Origin: an uncultured delta proteobacterium
GTDB taxonomy: Bacteria; Desulfobacterota; Binatia; Binatales; Binataceae
Length of the DNA stretch: 64,000 nt
Direction of reading: 5' to 3'
Assembly: GCA_963794325.1 (NCBI GenBank)
Contig: CAWCDG010000004.1
Coordinates: forward strand, 448,001-512,000
Part shown: positions 53,183-62,794 of the stretch, piece after piece
How positions within the stretch are numbered: the first letter of the stretch is position 1
How the letters are laid out: every line of letters begins with the position of its first letter
Program-made: the position numbers and the translations under genes
The notes under the pieces: model-generated
Seen by the model: the letters and a program-made list of their open reading frames with translations, nothing else
Database searches by the model: none
Told to the model about the DNA's origin: nothing

Positions 53183-54165
53183 GTAATACCCGCGAACCGA
53201 GAGTGGCGGTTGTCGGCGCCACCGGCGCGGTCGGCAACCAGCTAATCGAACTGATCGCCGCGCGCGGCTTCCAGCTCAGCGACCTCAAACTCTTCACGAC
53301 CGAAGCGGGCGCGATGCAGACTGTCGATGCGGGCGGCGAGGAGCGTCTGGTTGACGCGCTCGAGAATCCAGACGATCTTCGCGACTTCGATATCGCATTC
53401 CTCGCGATTCCCGCTCCGCGAGCGTCGGAAATCATTGCCGCGCAGCCCGGCCCGATTCTGATCGACCTGAGCGCGGCGAATCGCCCACCCTCGGACGCAC
53501 CGATGGTCGCGCCGGGGCTCACTCTGCGCCCGGCATTCGCGCAATTGCGCAATTCGAAAGTCTTCGCGATTCCTCATCCCGCCGCGCACGTGCTCGCCAC
53601 CTGTCTGAAAGCGCTCGGCACGCGCAGTGGATTCGTGGGCGCGACCGCGATGCTCGGCGCGAGTGCGGGCGGCATGGAAATGCTCACAGCTACAGTCGAT
53701 CAGACCACCGATCTTCTGAGCGCGCGCCTTGAGCTCGACGACGAGGAAGTCCAGCGCGGCTTCAACGCCTTCATTCGCGAGCATGAGCGCTCAGTCGCCG
53801 CCGCGATCACCGCGCAAGTCGCGACGTTGCTCGACAAAGCGCCGCCGCTCTCCGTCCAAGCCGTCGCAATTCCCGTCCTCCACGGTTCCGGATTGACTAT
53901 CGATCTCCAGCGCCCCCGCGATCGCACCGGCAACGGTGAAGACCCTGTCGAGTTGCTGCGCGTCGCACCCGGCATCCTGATCGCCGAGGAAGGCGAGCCG
54001 CTCGGCGTCATCGACGCTGTCGGCCAGGAGGCGATCGTGGTCAGCGTCGAGACGCGGCCCGAGTCGCTGTCGCTCTGGTGCGTGTTTGACAATACGCGCC
54101 TGGCGGCTCTGGGAGCGCTCTGGATCGCCGAGACCCTGGCGCTCAGCTCGCCGACGCTTGCTTGA
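53179..54165 (+). CDS. Aspartate-semialdehyde dehydrogenase-like (Usg-like) protein, divergent
   Basis: VVGATGAVG Rossmann motif, IDLS, W...DN.R..A; no N-C catalytic motif; lies between leuB and truA. Confidence 0.8.
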   Translation: MSNTREPRVAVVGATGAVGNQLIELIAARGFQLSDLKLFTTEAGAMQTVDAGGEERLVDALENPDDLRDFDIAFLAIPAPRASEIIAAQPGPILIDLSAANRPPSDAPMVAPGLTLRPAFAQLRNSKVFAIPHPAAHVLATCLKALGTRSGFVGATAMLGASAGGMEMLTATVDQTTDLLSARLELDDEEVQRGFNAFIREHERSVAAAITAQVATLLDKAPPLSVQAVAIPVLHGSGLTIDLQRPRDRTGNGEDPVELLRVAPGILIAEEGEPLGVIDAVGQEAIVVSVETRPESLSLWCVFDNTRLAALGALWIAETLALSSPTLA

Positions 54166-54175
54166 TCGCCGCACG

Positions 54176-54907
54176 ATGGCTCTCAAGCTCACGATCGAAT
54201 ACGACGGCAGCAACTATTCCGGATGGCAGCTCCAGCCGCGTCACGACTCGATCCAGGGAAGGATCGAAACCGCGCTCGAGCGAATCTTTGCCGCGCCCGT
54301 TCGCGTGTTCGGTTCGGGCCGCACCGACGCCGGTGTGCATGCGCGCGGGCAGGTCGCGTCGATTTCGATTCCGCGCCCGTTCGACCCGGCCGAATTGCAG
54401 CGCGCTCTCAACTCGATTCTACCGCCCGACATCGTGATTCTCGACATCTCAGTCGCGCCGGACAACTTCGATCCACGGCGCTCGGCTCATTCGCGCGTCT
54501 ATGAATATCGTGTGCTGAATCGCACACTCCCGTCAGCGTTCGACTACCGCTACAGCTGGCTGGTCCGCGAGCATCTCGATCTCGACGCGATGATTTCCGC
54601 CGCGCACATCTTTGTCGGCGAGCACGACTTCGCCGCATTTCGCTCGCTCGGCACCGACGTGACGACCACGATACGCCGCGTGATTTCCAGCGAGTGGACG
54701 CGCGACGCCGACGTTCTTCTCTACCGCGTCGAGGCGAACAGTTTCCTGCGACACATGGTGCGCGCGATGGTCGCGGCGATGGTTGATGTGGGGCGCGGCA
54801 AGCTCACGGCCGATAAAGTCGCGACGATTCTCGACGGACTCGATCGCCATGCGGCTCCGGCCAACGCTCCACCTGGCGGTCTGTACCTCGTCGAAGTCCG
54901 CTACTGA
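54176..54907 (+). CDS. truA: tRNA pseudouridine(38-40) synthase
   Basis: YDG..Y.GWQ.Q, GRTDAGVHA.GQ, G.HDF.AF, FL.HMVR, APP.GLYL. Confidence 0.97.
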   Translation: MALKLTIEYDGSNYSGWQLQPRHDSIQGRIETALERIFAAPVRVFGSGRTDAGVHARGQVASISIPRPFDPAELQRALNSILPPDIVILDISVAPDNFDPRRSAHSRVYEYRVLNRTLPSAFDYRYSWLVREHLDLDAMISAAHIFVGEHDFAAFRSLGTDVTTTIRRVISSEWTRDADVLLYRVEANSFLRHMVRAMVAAMVDVGRGKLTADKVATILDGLDRHAAPANAPPGGLYLVEVRY

Positions 54908-55093
54908 CGGCGCAATTGCGCAGTTTGCTTGATTCAACCCTTGGGGCTCAATGCCGCCGCGAGGAGCCTGTGCAAAAACCATCACGATCCCTAGAAAAAA
55001 GAGTGGTTTTTCTGCCGCGCGCACTTGAATTTCGCTCGACACTCGTTCACCCTCACTGAAAGCCCGCAACCACGGATCGCAAGGAGGAGGATG

Positions 55094-55375
55094 ATGACGC
55101 AATCGCAGGTAGCAGCCTATATGGCTGAAAAGCTCGGACTCACCAAGAAGCAAGGGAAGCAGGTGCTCGAGGAAATCAACGGCTTGGTAGTCCGCGAGCT
55201 CAAGAAGGAAGGATCGCTGCGGCTGGCCGGCCTCGGGATCTTCCGCAAGCGCAAGACCAAGGCGCGGATGGGTCGCAATCCGGCGACTGGTCAGGAGATC
55301 AAGATTCCGGCACGCACCCGGCTTCGCTTCACCGCTGCCAAGGCGCTAAAGGACTCGGTTCTCGGCGCGAAATAA
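55094..55375 (+). CDS. HU-family DNA-binding protein
   Basis: GLG.F, ARMGRNPATG..I.IPA, F.AAK.LKD; SD AAGGAGG. Confidence 0.93.
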   Translation: MTQSQVAAYMAEKLGLTKKQGKQVLEEINGLVVRELKKEGSLRLAGLGIFRKRKTKARMGRNPATGQEIKIPARTRLRFTAAKALKDSVLGAK

Positions 55376-55390
55376 TCTCTCAACTGAATT

Positions 55391-55438
55391 GTGAACCGCG
55401 GGAAACGGACATGATCCGGTTCTCGCGGTTCGCTTTTT
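55391..55438. terminator. Terminator hairpin between convergent HU and rarA
   Basis: GAACCGCGGGAA...TTCTCGCGGTTC stem followed by a T run. Confidence 0.7.
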
Positions 55439-55442
55439 CCTT

Positions 55443-56807
55443 TCAGTCTTTGCCGCCCGGTTTGCGCCGCGACGCGGGGTTGCGCGCCTCGCGCGCGCGG
55501 GCCAGGAACTCGCGAATCCGGATTTCGTAACCGCGCTCGGACGGTTCGTAATAGATCTTCTCGCCGAGTTCGTCCGGCAGGTAGCTTTGCGCGACCAGCG
55601 CGCCTTCGAAGTTGTGCGGGTATCTGTAGTCTTTGCCGTAGCCGAGTCCTTTCATCATGGGGGTCGGAGCGTTGCGCAAATGCAGCGGAACCGACAGTGC
55701 GCCAAGGGTTTTCGCATCCTCACTCGCGGCGCGCATCGCGAGGTACGACGCGTTGGACTTCGGCGCACTGGCCAGGTAAGTCACGCCCTGCGCCAGCGGG
55801 ATCACGCCTTCGGGCATCCCGACGAAGTCCACCGCCTCCTTCACTGCGACCGCGATTTGTAACGCGCGCGGATCGGCGTTGCCGACGTCTTCCGACGCGA
55901 AGATCACCATCCGCCGCGCAATGAACAGCGGATCCTCCCCCGCCTCGACCATCCGCATCATCCAGTAAACCGCGGCGTCGGGATCGCTGCCTCGCATGCT
56001 CTTGATGAACGCGGAGATGACGTTGTAGTGCTCGTCGCCGGCGCGATCGTAGAGGAGAGCCTTCTGCTGCGCCGACTCACGAATATGTTCAGGCGTGATC
56101 AGCGTCGCGCCCGCGTTCTGCGCGAACTCCGCTGCAATCTCCAGCGTGCCGAGCGCGCGCCTCGCATCGCCGCCCGCGTATCGAACGATCTCGTCGATCG
56201 CGCCGACGCCCAGCTTGAGTCCACTGTTGCCGAGCCCGCGCTCCTTGTCGGCCAGCGCGCGATGCACCAAAGTCGAGACGTTTTCCTCCGACAGCGGATG
56301 CAATACGAGCAGCCGCATGCGCGACAGCAATGCCGAGATCACCTCGAACGACGGGTTCTCGGTCGTCGCGCCGATCAGAGTGATCAGCCCGCTCTCGACG
56401 TGCGGCAAGAATGCGTCCTGCTGCGCGCGGTTCCATCGATGGATCTCGTCGATGAAAACTACGGTGGGCTTGCCCGCATCGAGATCGCGGCGCGCCGCCT
56501 CGACCGCCTCGCGCAGATCGGCGACGCCCGACGTCACCGCGGCAAGTTTGCGGAACACCGCGCCCGACTGCTCCGCGAGAACGATCGCAAGCGTCGTCTT
56601 GCCAGTTCCCGGCGGGCCCCACAGGATCATCGAGTGCAACACGTGCGCCGCGACCATCTGGCTGAGGAACTTCCCCGGCCCAAGCAGATGCTCCTGGCCC
56701 ACAATTTCGTCGAGCGTGCGCGGACGCATCCGATCCGCCAGCGGCTGGCTGAGCGGCGTGCGCGGGGGAAACAGACTCTGCGACGAATCGGCCTTGCGCC
56801 GTGCCAT
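55443..56807 (-). CDS. rarA: Replication-associated recombination protein A (MgsA/RarA)
   Basis: PLADRMRP, GPPGTGKTT, FIDEIHR, GATTENP, KSMRGSD.DA, SEDVG.ADP. Confidence 0.97.
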   Translation of the reverse strand: MARRKADSSQSLFPPRTPLSQPLADRMRPRTLDEIVGQEHLLGPGKFLSQMVAAHVLHSMILWGPPGTGKTTLAIVLAEQSGAVFRKLAAVTSGVADLREAVEAARRDLDAGKPTVVFIDEIHRWNRAQQDAFLPHVESGLITLIGATTENPSFEVISALLSRMRLLVLHPLSEENVSTLVHRALADKERGLGNSGLKLGVGAIDEIVRYAGGDARRALGTLEIAAEFAQNAGATLITPEHIRESAQQKALLYDRAGDEHYNVISAFIKSMRGSDPDAAVYWMMRMVEAGEDPLFIARRMVIFASEDVGNADPRALQIAVAVKEAVDFVGMPEGVIPLAQGVTYLASAPKSNASYLAMRAASEDAKTLGALSVPLHLRNAPTPMMKGLGYGKDYRYPHNFEGALVAQSYLPDELGEKIYYEPSERGYEIRIREFLARAREARNPASRRKPGGKD

Positions 56808-56931
56808 TTTCAGAAAGTATCACAGTGACCGAGTCCGGCTAAGGCGCTCCCACCCGATTACGCTGTCGTTGCGCAGGTGGCTGCGGCTGATCTAGCTTCA
56901 TGGACGGGCTGGACGGGAGCCGGCACCACTT

Positions 56932-57751
56932 ATGATCGTTGGCATCGATATCGGCGGTTCGACCACCGACGCCGTCATCCTCGAAAATGGCGGGTCTGCA
57001 CGTCGTGACGATCGAGGCCAATGACCCGGTCGCAGCGGCGGCGGGTGCGCTCGGCAAACTCGTTTCGGATTTCGGCATCAAACTCGAAGACGTTGAATGT
57101 GTAGCTGCCACTGGCGCGGGCTCGCGCGTTCTCAGCAAGTCGCTGCTCGGCAGGACGGTAGTTAAGGTCAACGAGTTCACCGCGATCGGAATCGGCGGCA
57201 CATCGCTGGCCGGTTTGGAAAGTGCGCTGGTCGTGTCGCTCGGCACCGGCACCGCGATCGTGTCGGCCACGCGCGACAAGATCACGCACTTCAGCGGCAC
57301 TGGAGTCGGAGGAGGCACGCTGCTCGGACTCGCCAAGCACATGCTCGGCGTCTCGACGATTGAACGGCTCGAAAAGCTCGCGCGCAAAGGCGATCTGCGG
57401 CGTATCGACCTCAGCGTTCGCGACATCGCGGGCGGCTCGATCGGCGACCTGCCACCGAACACCACGGCTGCGAACTTCGGCAAGATAACCGCCGACGCGA
57501 CGCCTGAGGATAAAGCGCTCGCGATCATGAACATGATCACGGAATCGATCGGAGTGCTCGCACTCGCGAGCGCGCGCGCGTGCGGACAGGAAAACATCGT
57601 GCTGACCGGCAAGCTGTCGCGGCTGTTCCGATTCATGCAGGAAATGAAGCGTCTCAGTTTTCCATTCGGCCGCCGCTTCCTGATTCCCGAGCACGCCGAT
57701 TTCGCTACCGCGATCGGCGCCGCGCGCCACGCGCAGAAACCTAGCCCCTAA
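56932..57751 (+). CDS. Type II pantothenate kinase-like (ASKHA/Fumble) protein, frameshift near 56990
   Basis: ATG at 56932 gives MIVGIDIGGSTT; the shifted frame has TGAG, NEF.A...G, SLGTGT, G.GVGGGTL.GL, AANFGK and AIGA. Confidence 0.8.
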
Positions 57752-57826
57752 CCCCTTTTTTCGGTCCTCGCGGGAAAGGGAACCGGATTATTGGGAGTAG
57801 CCTCTTCCCGAGCGGGAAGGGGAACA
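57738..57826 (-). repeat. G-tract hairpin REP-like element, copy 5 (degenerate tandem pair)
   Basis: CCTAGCCCCTAACCCCTTTT...GGGAAAGGGAAC, then CCTCTTCCCGAGCGGGAAGGGGAACAA. Confidence 0.7.
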
Positions 57827-57933
57827 AGATGGAGAGGGGCCGCCTCGCGCAGTTACATCTTCGCCGCGGTACGATATAAAGTTCCGAGGTTCACTCTTTC
57901 ACCAGCGCGTCGATTCGCGAGGACTATTCACCG

Positions 57934-59193
57934 ATGCCATCAGAGTTGCTGAAAGGATTGCGCCTGCTCGATTTGACCGACGAGAAAGGCGCGTTGTGCG
58001 GCAAGATGTTCGCCGATCTCGGCGCCGAAGTTATCAAGGTCGAACCAATCGGCGGATGCTCGACGCGGCGCATCCCGCCGTATCTTGAAGATAAAGCCGA
58101 CGCCGACCACTGCCTTTATTCGATCGCGTATCACGCCGGCAAGAAATCTGTGACGGCGAATCTCGCGACTGACGAGGGACGCATGCTGGTCGCGGAGCTT
58201 GCCGCGAAGTCGGATTTTCTGGTCGAAGCGCATCGACTCGGCTATCTCGATTCGATCGGCCTCGGCTACGACGCGCTCGCGAAGAAAAATCCGCGGCTCA
58301 TCTATGCGTCGATCACCCCGTTCGGCGATACCGGTCCCGGCAAGGATTACAACTGGGCCGACATCATCACGTGGGCGGCCGGCGGCATGATGTACCTGAT
58401 GGGCGAGGAGGGCAAGCCGCCGCTGCAGATGAGCCTGCCGCAAGCGGGATTGCATGCGGGCGGCGAGGCGGCGGTCGCGATGATGCTCGCGCACTACCCG
58501 CGCCAGATCGACGGGCTCGGCCAACGCATCGTAGTCAACATGCAGGCGTGTATCGTGTGGACGCTGATGAACGAGCAGGCGATGCCGTTCCTGCACGGCA
58601 ACCATCTCTCACGCACGGGGATTTTCGTCGGCTCGGTCGATGCGCGGCGCAAGATGGTGTACGAGTGCAAGGACGGTCACATCTCGATTCTGATCGCGGG
58701 CGGCACGACGTTCGGTAATTCGACCAAGGCGCTGATCGAGTGGATGCGCGAGGAGGGATTTGGATCCGAGTGGATGCGCACGAAGGATTGGGTGTCGTGG
58801 ATTCCCGGCGTCTTCATGAAGATGACCGAGCAGGACCACCAGGAGATCGACGACCTCGAGACGACGATCCAGCGCTTTCTGATGACAATGACCAAACACG
58901 AAATCTACGCGCAGGGACTGAAGCGGCGCATCTTTCTCGCGCCGGTCGCGAACGTCGCCGACGTCGCCTCGGATGAACAGCTCAAAGCGCGCGACTTCTG
59001 GACCGCAGTTCCGCACGACACCATCGGCCGCACGCTAACCTTTCCGGGACCGTTCGCGAAGATGTCCGCGACGCCGATCGGATCGACCACGCGCGCGCCG
59101 CGAATCGGCGAGCACACCGATGAGATTTACCGTGGTCTGCTGGGCCTCACGCCCGAACGATTAAACAAGCTGCGAGCCGCCGGCGCGATTTAA
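57934..59193 (+). CDS. CoA-transferase family III (CaiB/BaiF), subunit apparently lacking the catalytic Asp
   Basis: ADLGAEVIKVEP, GKKSV, NPRLIYASITPFG.TGP, AP.IGEHT. Confidence 0.9.
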   Translation: MPSELLKGLRLLDLTDEKGALCGKMFADLGAEVIKVEPIGGCSTRRIPPYLEDKADADHCLYSIAYHAGKKSVTANLATDEGRMLVAELAAKSDFLVEAHRLGYLDSIGLGYDALAKKNPRLIYASITPFGDTGPGKDYNWADIITWAAGGMMYLMGEEGKPPLQMSLPQAGLHAGGEAAVAMMLAHYPRQIDGLGQRIVVNMQACIVWTLMNEQAMPFLHGNHLSRTGIFVGSVDARRKMVYECKDGHISILIAGGTTFGNSTKALIEWMREEGFGSEWMRTKDWVSWIPGVFMKMTEQDHQEIDDLETTIQRFLMTMTKHEIYAQGLKRRIFLAPVANVADVASDEQLKARDFWTAVPHDTIGRTLTFPGPFAKMSATPIGSTTRAPRIGEHTDEIYRGLLGLTPERLNKLRAAGAI

Positions 59194-59209
59194 CTGGGAG
59201 AAATTCGAG

Positions 59210-60424
59210 ATGAGCCGTTTCGCACTTGAAGGAGTTCACATTCTCGACTTCGCCTGGGTCGGCGTCGGTCCAATCACGACCAAGTATTTCGCCGATAACG
59301 GCGCCGAGGTGATTCGCGTCGAATCCGCCGCGCGTCCCGATGTGCTGCGAATCGGGCCGCCGTGGAAAGACGCGATGCCGGGCATCAATCGGAGCCAGTT
59401 CTTCGCGAGCTACAACACCTCGAAGAAGGGAATCACGCTCGACTTGAGCAAGCCCAAAGCTCGCGACATCGCGAAGCGCTTGGTGCCGTGGGCGGATATC
59501 ATCGTCGAGAGTTTCACCCCGAAGGCGATGCGCAACTGGGGACTCGATTACGAAAACCTGCGCCAGCTGCGTCCCGACCTCATCATGCTCTCGACCTGCA
59601 TGCAGGGTCAGACCGGACCCAATGCGCTGTATCCCGGCTTCGGCCAGCTGATGGCCGCGCTGTCGGGCTTTTACTACATCTCGGGCTACGGCCCCGGCTC
59701 ATGTACGCCGCCATACGGCGCGTATACGGATTTCATCGCGCCGCGCTTTTCCGCGTTCGCGCTGCTTGCTGCGCTGGACTATCGGCGCCGCACCGGCAAG
59801 GGCCAGTACATCGACATGTCGCAGTACGAGGCCGCGATGCAAAATCTCGCGCCCGCGCTGATCGACTACCACGCGACCGGCCGGGTGCTCGAGCCGCGCG
59901 GCAACGCGTCCGAGCGTTACGCTCCGCACGGAGCTTACCGATGCGCCGACGAGGACGGCAATGAACGATGGATCGCGATCGCAGTCGCGAGTGACGAGCA
60001 GTGGCGCGCGATGCTCACTGTACTGGCCGGTTCAGCAGAACCGCGATTCGCGACAGCGTTTGCGCGCGTTGAGAACGGGGCGGCGATCGACCAGGTCGTC
60101 GGATCGCTAACACGCGCTCACAATGCGCACGAGCTGACCGCAAAGTTGCAGGCCGCCGGCGTCGCCGCGTATCCGGTCGAGAATTGCGTCGATATTCACC
60201 AGGACGACAACCTCGAGGCGTTCGGCTTCTGGCATTGGCTCGAGCACAAGGAGATGGGCCCATCGCCGTACGAAGGACTCGAGCATCGCATGAGCCGCAC
60301 GCCCGGCACGCTGCGCAGTGCCGCGCCGATTCTCGGACAGGACAACGATGAAGTCTTCCGCGGGATGCTCAAACTTGGCGACGACGAGATCGAGCAGTTA
60401 AAGAAAGAGAACGTGATATTCTGA
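59210..60424 (+). CDS. CoA-transferase family III (CaiB/BaiF)
   Basis: LDFAW..VGP, GAEVIRVES, N.SK..ITLDL, GQTGP, YTD, AP.LGQDN. Confidence 0.92.
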   Translation: MSRFALEGVHILDFAWVGVGPITTKYFADNGAEVIRVESAARPDVLRIGPPWKDAMPGINRSQFFASYNTSKKGITLDLSKPKARDIAKRLVPWADIIVESFTPKAMRNWGLDYENLRQLRPDLIMLSTCMQGQTGPNALYPGFGQLMAALSGFYYISGYGPGSCTPPYGAYTDFIAPRFSAFALLAALDYRRRTGKGQYIDMSQYEAAMQNLAPALIDYHATGRVLEPRGNASERYAPHGAYRCADEDGNERWIAIAVASDEQWRAMLTVLAGSAEPRFATAFARVENGAAIDQVVGSLTRAHNAHELTAKLQAAGVAAYPVENCVDIHQDDNLEAFGFWHWLEHKEMGPSPYEGLEHRMSRTPGTLRSAAPILGQDNDEVFRGMLKLGDDEIEQLKKENVIF

Positions 60425-60443
60425 GTTCTGCTCGCTCCTCATC

Positions 60444-61694
60444 GTGAGATACGAACTCAAAATTGCGCTCCGCTATCTGCGCGCGCGCCGCAAAGACGCC
60501 TTCATCTCGATCACGACGATCTTCACCGCAGTCGGGGTGATGATCGGCGTCGCCGCGCTCACCATGACGCTCTCGGTGATGGGCGGTTTCGAGCAGAGCA
60601 TCAAAGAACGCGTGCTCAACCTCAGCCCGCAAGTGCAGATACTCAATTCGCAAGGATCGATCGACAACTACACCGACATCGAGAAGAAGGTCGCGACGGT
60701 GCCCGGGGTCAACGGCGCGGAGTCGTACATCATCGGGCAAGCGATGCTCAGTTCGGGGCGCGGAATCGGCGGCGTCGTGGTGCGCGGCGTCGAGCCGGGC
60801 AATCCTGTCGTGCGCAAACAATGGGGACGCTACATGACGACCGGCGGCCTCGGCGATCTGTCGCGAAGTTACACGATTCCAGCGGGCCCCGCGGGCCCGG
60901 CGGTTACGACCGGCGGCCTCGCAATCGGAGTGAGCCTGGCGAAGAAGCTCAAAGCCAAAGTCGGTGACCCGGTCAGGATGGTCGCGCCGATCATTTCGCC
61001 CGATGGATCGCTTTCGACCAAGAGCGCCCAGTTCGTGATTGGCGCGATCTTCGATTCGGGGATGAATTTCATCGATACCAACATGGTCTTCATGAATCTT
61101 CCGAACGCGCAGGACTTCTTCGGCCGCACCGGCAAAGCCGACGGCGTCGATATTCATCTCATCAACCTCGACCAGACCGACGCCGTTACTGACGCGATGC
61201 GCAAGCTGTTTCCAGACCCATATCGAGTCCGCAACTGGATCGAGTTCAACGAATCCGCGGCCGCGGGATTCGCACTTCTCAAACGCGTCTATGCGCTGGT
61301 GCTGGTGATGCTGATTGGCGTCGCCGCGTTCAACCTCGTCGCGACTTTAATCATGGTCGTGATGGAGAAGCGCAAGGACATCGCGGTGCTGATCGCGATG
61401 GGTGCGACGCGACGCGACGTGCGCCTGATTTTCGTGTTGAAGGGACTGATCGTCGGCGCAGCTGGAACCGTTGCCGGCCTGATACTCGGCGCAACCGGAT
61501 GCTTCGCGCTGGCGCGTTACCAGTTCATTCACATTCCGCGCGAAATCTACGGCATCTCGAACCTGCCGATCGATATACAACCGTCGAACTTCGCGGCAGT
61601 CGCGCTAGCCTCGATGCTTCTCTGCCTGCTCGCGACCGTGTATCCGGCGCGGCAAGCATCGCGAGAGATGCCGGTCGAAGTCTTCCGCTCCTAG
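60444..61694 (+). CDS. Lipoprotein-releasing ABC transporter permease (LolC/E)
   Basis: IALRYL, GV.IGVAAL...SVM.GF, VAAFN...TL.M.VMEK.KDIA.L.AMG, YPA.QA. Confidence 0.92.
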   Translation: MRYELKIALRYLRARRKDAFISITTIFTAVGVMIGVAALTMTLSVMGGFEQSIKERVLNLSPQVQILNSQGSIDNYTDIEKKVATVPGVNGAESYIIGQAMLSSGRGIGGVVVRGVEPGNPVVRKQWGRYMTTGGLGDLSRSYTIPAGPAGPAVTTGGLAIGVSLAKKLKAKVGDPVRMVAPIISPDGSLSTKSAQFVIGAIFDSGMNFIDTNMVFMNLPNAQDFFGRTGKADGVDIHLINLDQTDAVTDAMRKLFPDPYRVRNWIEFNESAAAGFALLKRVYALVLVMLIGVAAFNLVATLIMVVMEKRKDIAVLIAMGATRRDVRLIFVLKGLIVGAAGTVAGLILGATGCFALARYQFIHIPREIYGISNLPIDIQPSNFAAVALASMLLCLLATVYPARQASREMPVEVFRS

Positions 61695-61736
61695 CTCTTC
61701 CGCACCACACCACCCCACATCCGCGGACCGAGAAAT

Positions 61737-62024
61737 TTAATGATTATTTGGTGTGCGATTTGTATTGGTGGGGGGCTTGCTGACGAGCTTTGGTTTGCGA
61801 ACGACCAGAGTCTCATGACCGCGAACCTTGATCGTGCGGGCCGGGTCTGACGAAAAGGACTGGCTCGGTGCGTCAGAATTCCGGGGCCGCGACGAGGTGC
61901 GCTGGCGCCGCCAATTGTTGAGCTCCTTCGACAATTTCGAGGCCAGCGAATCATTGTCCTGGCCGTTCCCGTTCGATTCTCCGCTTTCTTTGTTGAGGTC
62001 GCCCTCATACTCCGCGGAACTCAT
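61737..62024 (-). CDS. Hypothetical small hydrophilic protein
   Basis: Purine-rich RBS-like sequence before ATG; fills an otherwise empty gap; no family recognised. Confidence 0.5.
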   Translation of the reverse strand: MSSAEYEGDLNKESGESNGNGQDNDSLASKLSKELNNWRRQRTSSRPRNSDAPSQSFSSDPARTIKVRGHETLVVRKPKLVSKPPTNTNRTPNNH

Positions 62025-62326
62025 TTGCGTTCTCTCTTCCTGTGACGTGGATTTGTCCTCCTTATCCTTAGGACTGTTTTGGAAACAGATTTTCAGTTCT
62101 CAAACTTTATGTACTAACAGTAGTGGCGCTCGCGCTCGCGGCAGCCTGGAATCGTTAAATCAGTGGATGGGATTGTGTATCGACTGCGTACCGAATCTGA
62201 ATTTTATCGGCGCGTTTCGGCTTGGGATGATTATGTATGTGGGATTCTTTCAGGCGGATTTTCCGCCGGCCGGGCTTTTGAGGGCTCCGGCCGGCGTTCA
62301 AGTCATTGTTGAGTTAGATTCACAGT

Positions 62327-62659
62327 TTAGGCAAACAGGCTCTGCATGCGAAGCGCGAGGCCCATGTCACCGGCGATTCGCAGTTTGCCGCTCATGAACG
62401 CAACCTGCCCGTTCAGCTTGCCGGTCGTCATATCGACGTAGTCCTGCGCGGTCATCGAGATCGTGATGCTCGGCGAAGCGGCCGGTCCTTCGTTGACGGT
62501 GCAGGTTTCGTTGTTGATGACGACGTTCCACTTTCCGCCGTTGTCGCCCGAGAGGTCGAACTGGTAAGTGGCGGTCAAACCCTTCGCCGCGTCTTTGTTG
62601 AAGCGACTGGGCATCGCCGCGAAGATTTCTTTTGGTGTCGTAGGTGCTGCGTCAGCCAT
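62327..62659 (-). CDS. SCP2 sterol/lipid-binding domain protein
   Basis: YQFDLSG..GG.W, G.L....AFMSGKL.I.GDM.LA; SD AGGAGG. Confidence 0.93.
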   Translation of the reverse strand: MADAAPTTPKEIFAAMPSRFNKDAAKGLTATYQFDLSGDNGGKWNVVINNETCTVNEGPAASPSITISMTAQDYVDMTTGKLNGQVAFMSGKLRIAGDMGLALRMQSLFA

Positions 62660-62794
62660 GGAAAATTGAGTCCTCCTGATGGGAGCGGCGTATCCCGCGC
62701 TCTTCCCGCCATATAAGCGTTCGGCTCGAACCGTGTCAATAGTTACCGGGCGTGCCGGGCTTATCCCTCCAGGTACTTATACCTTATCATAGAA

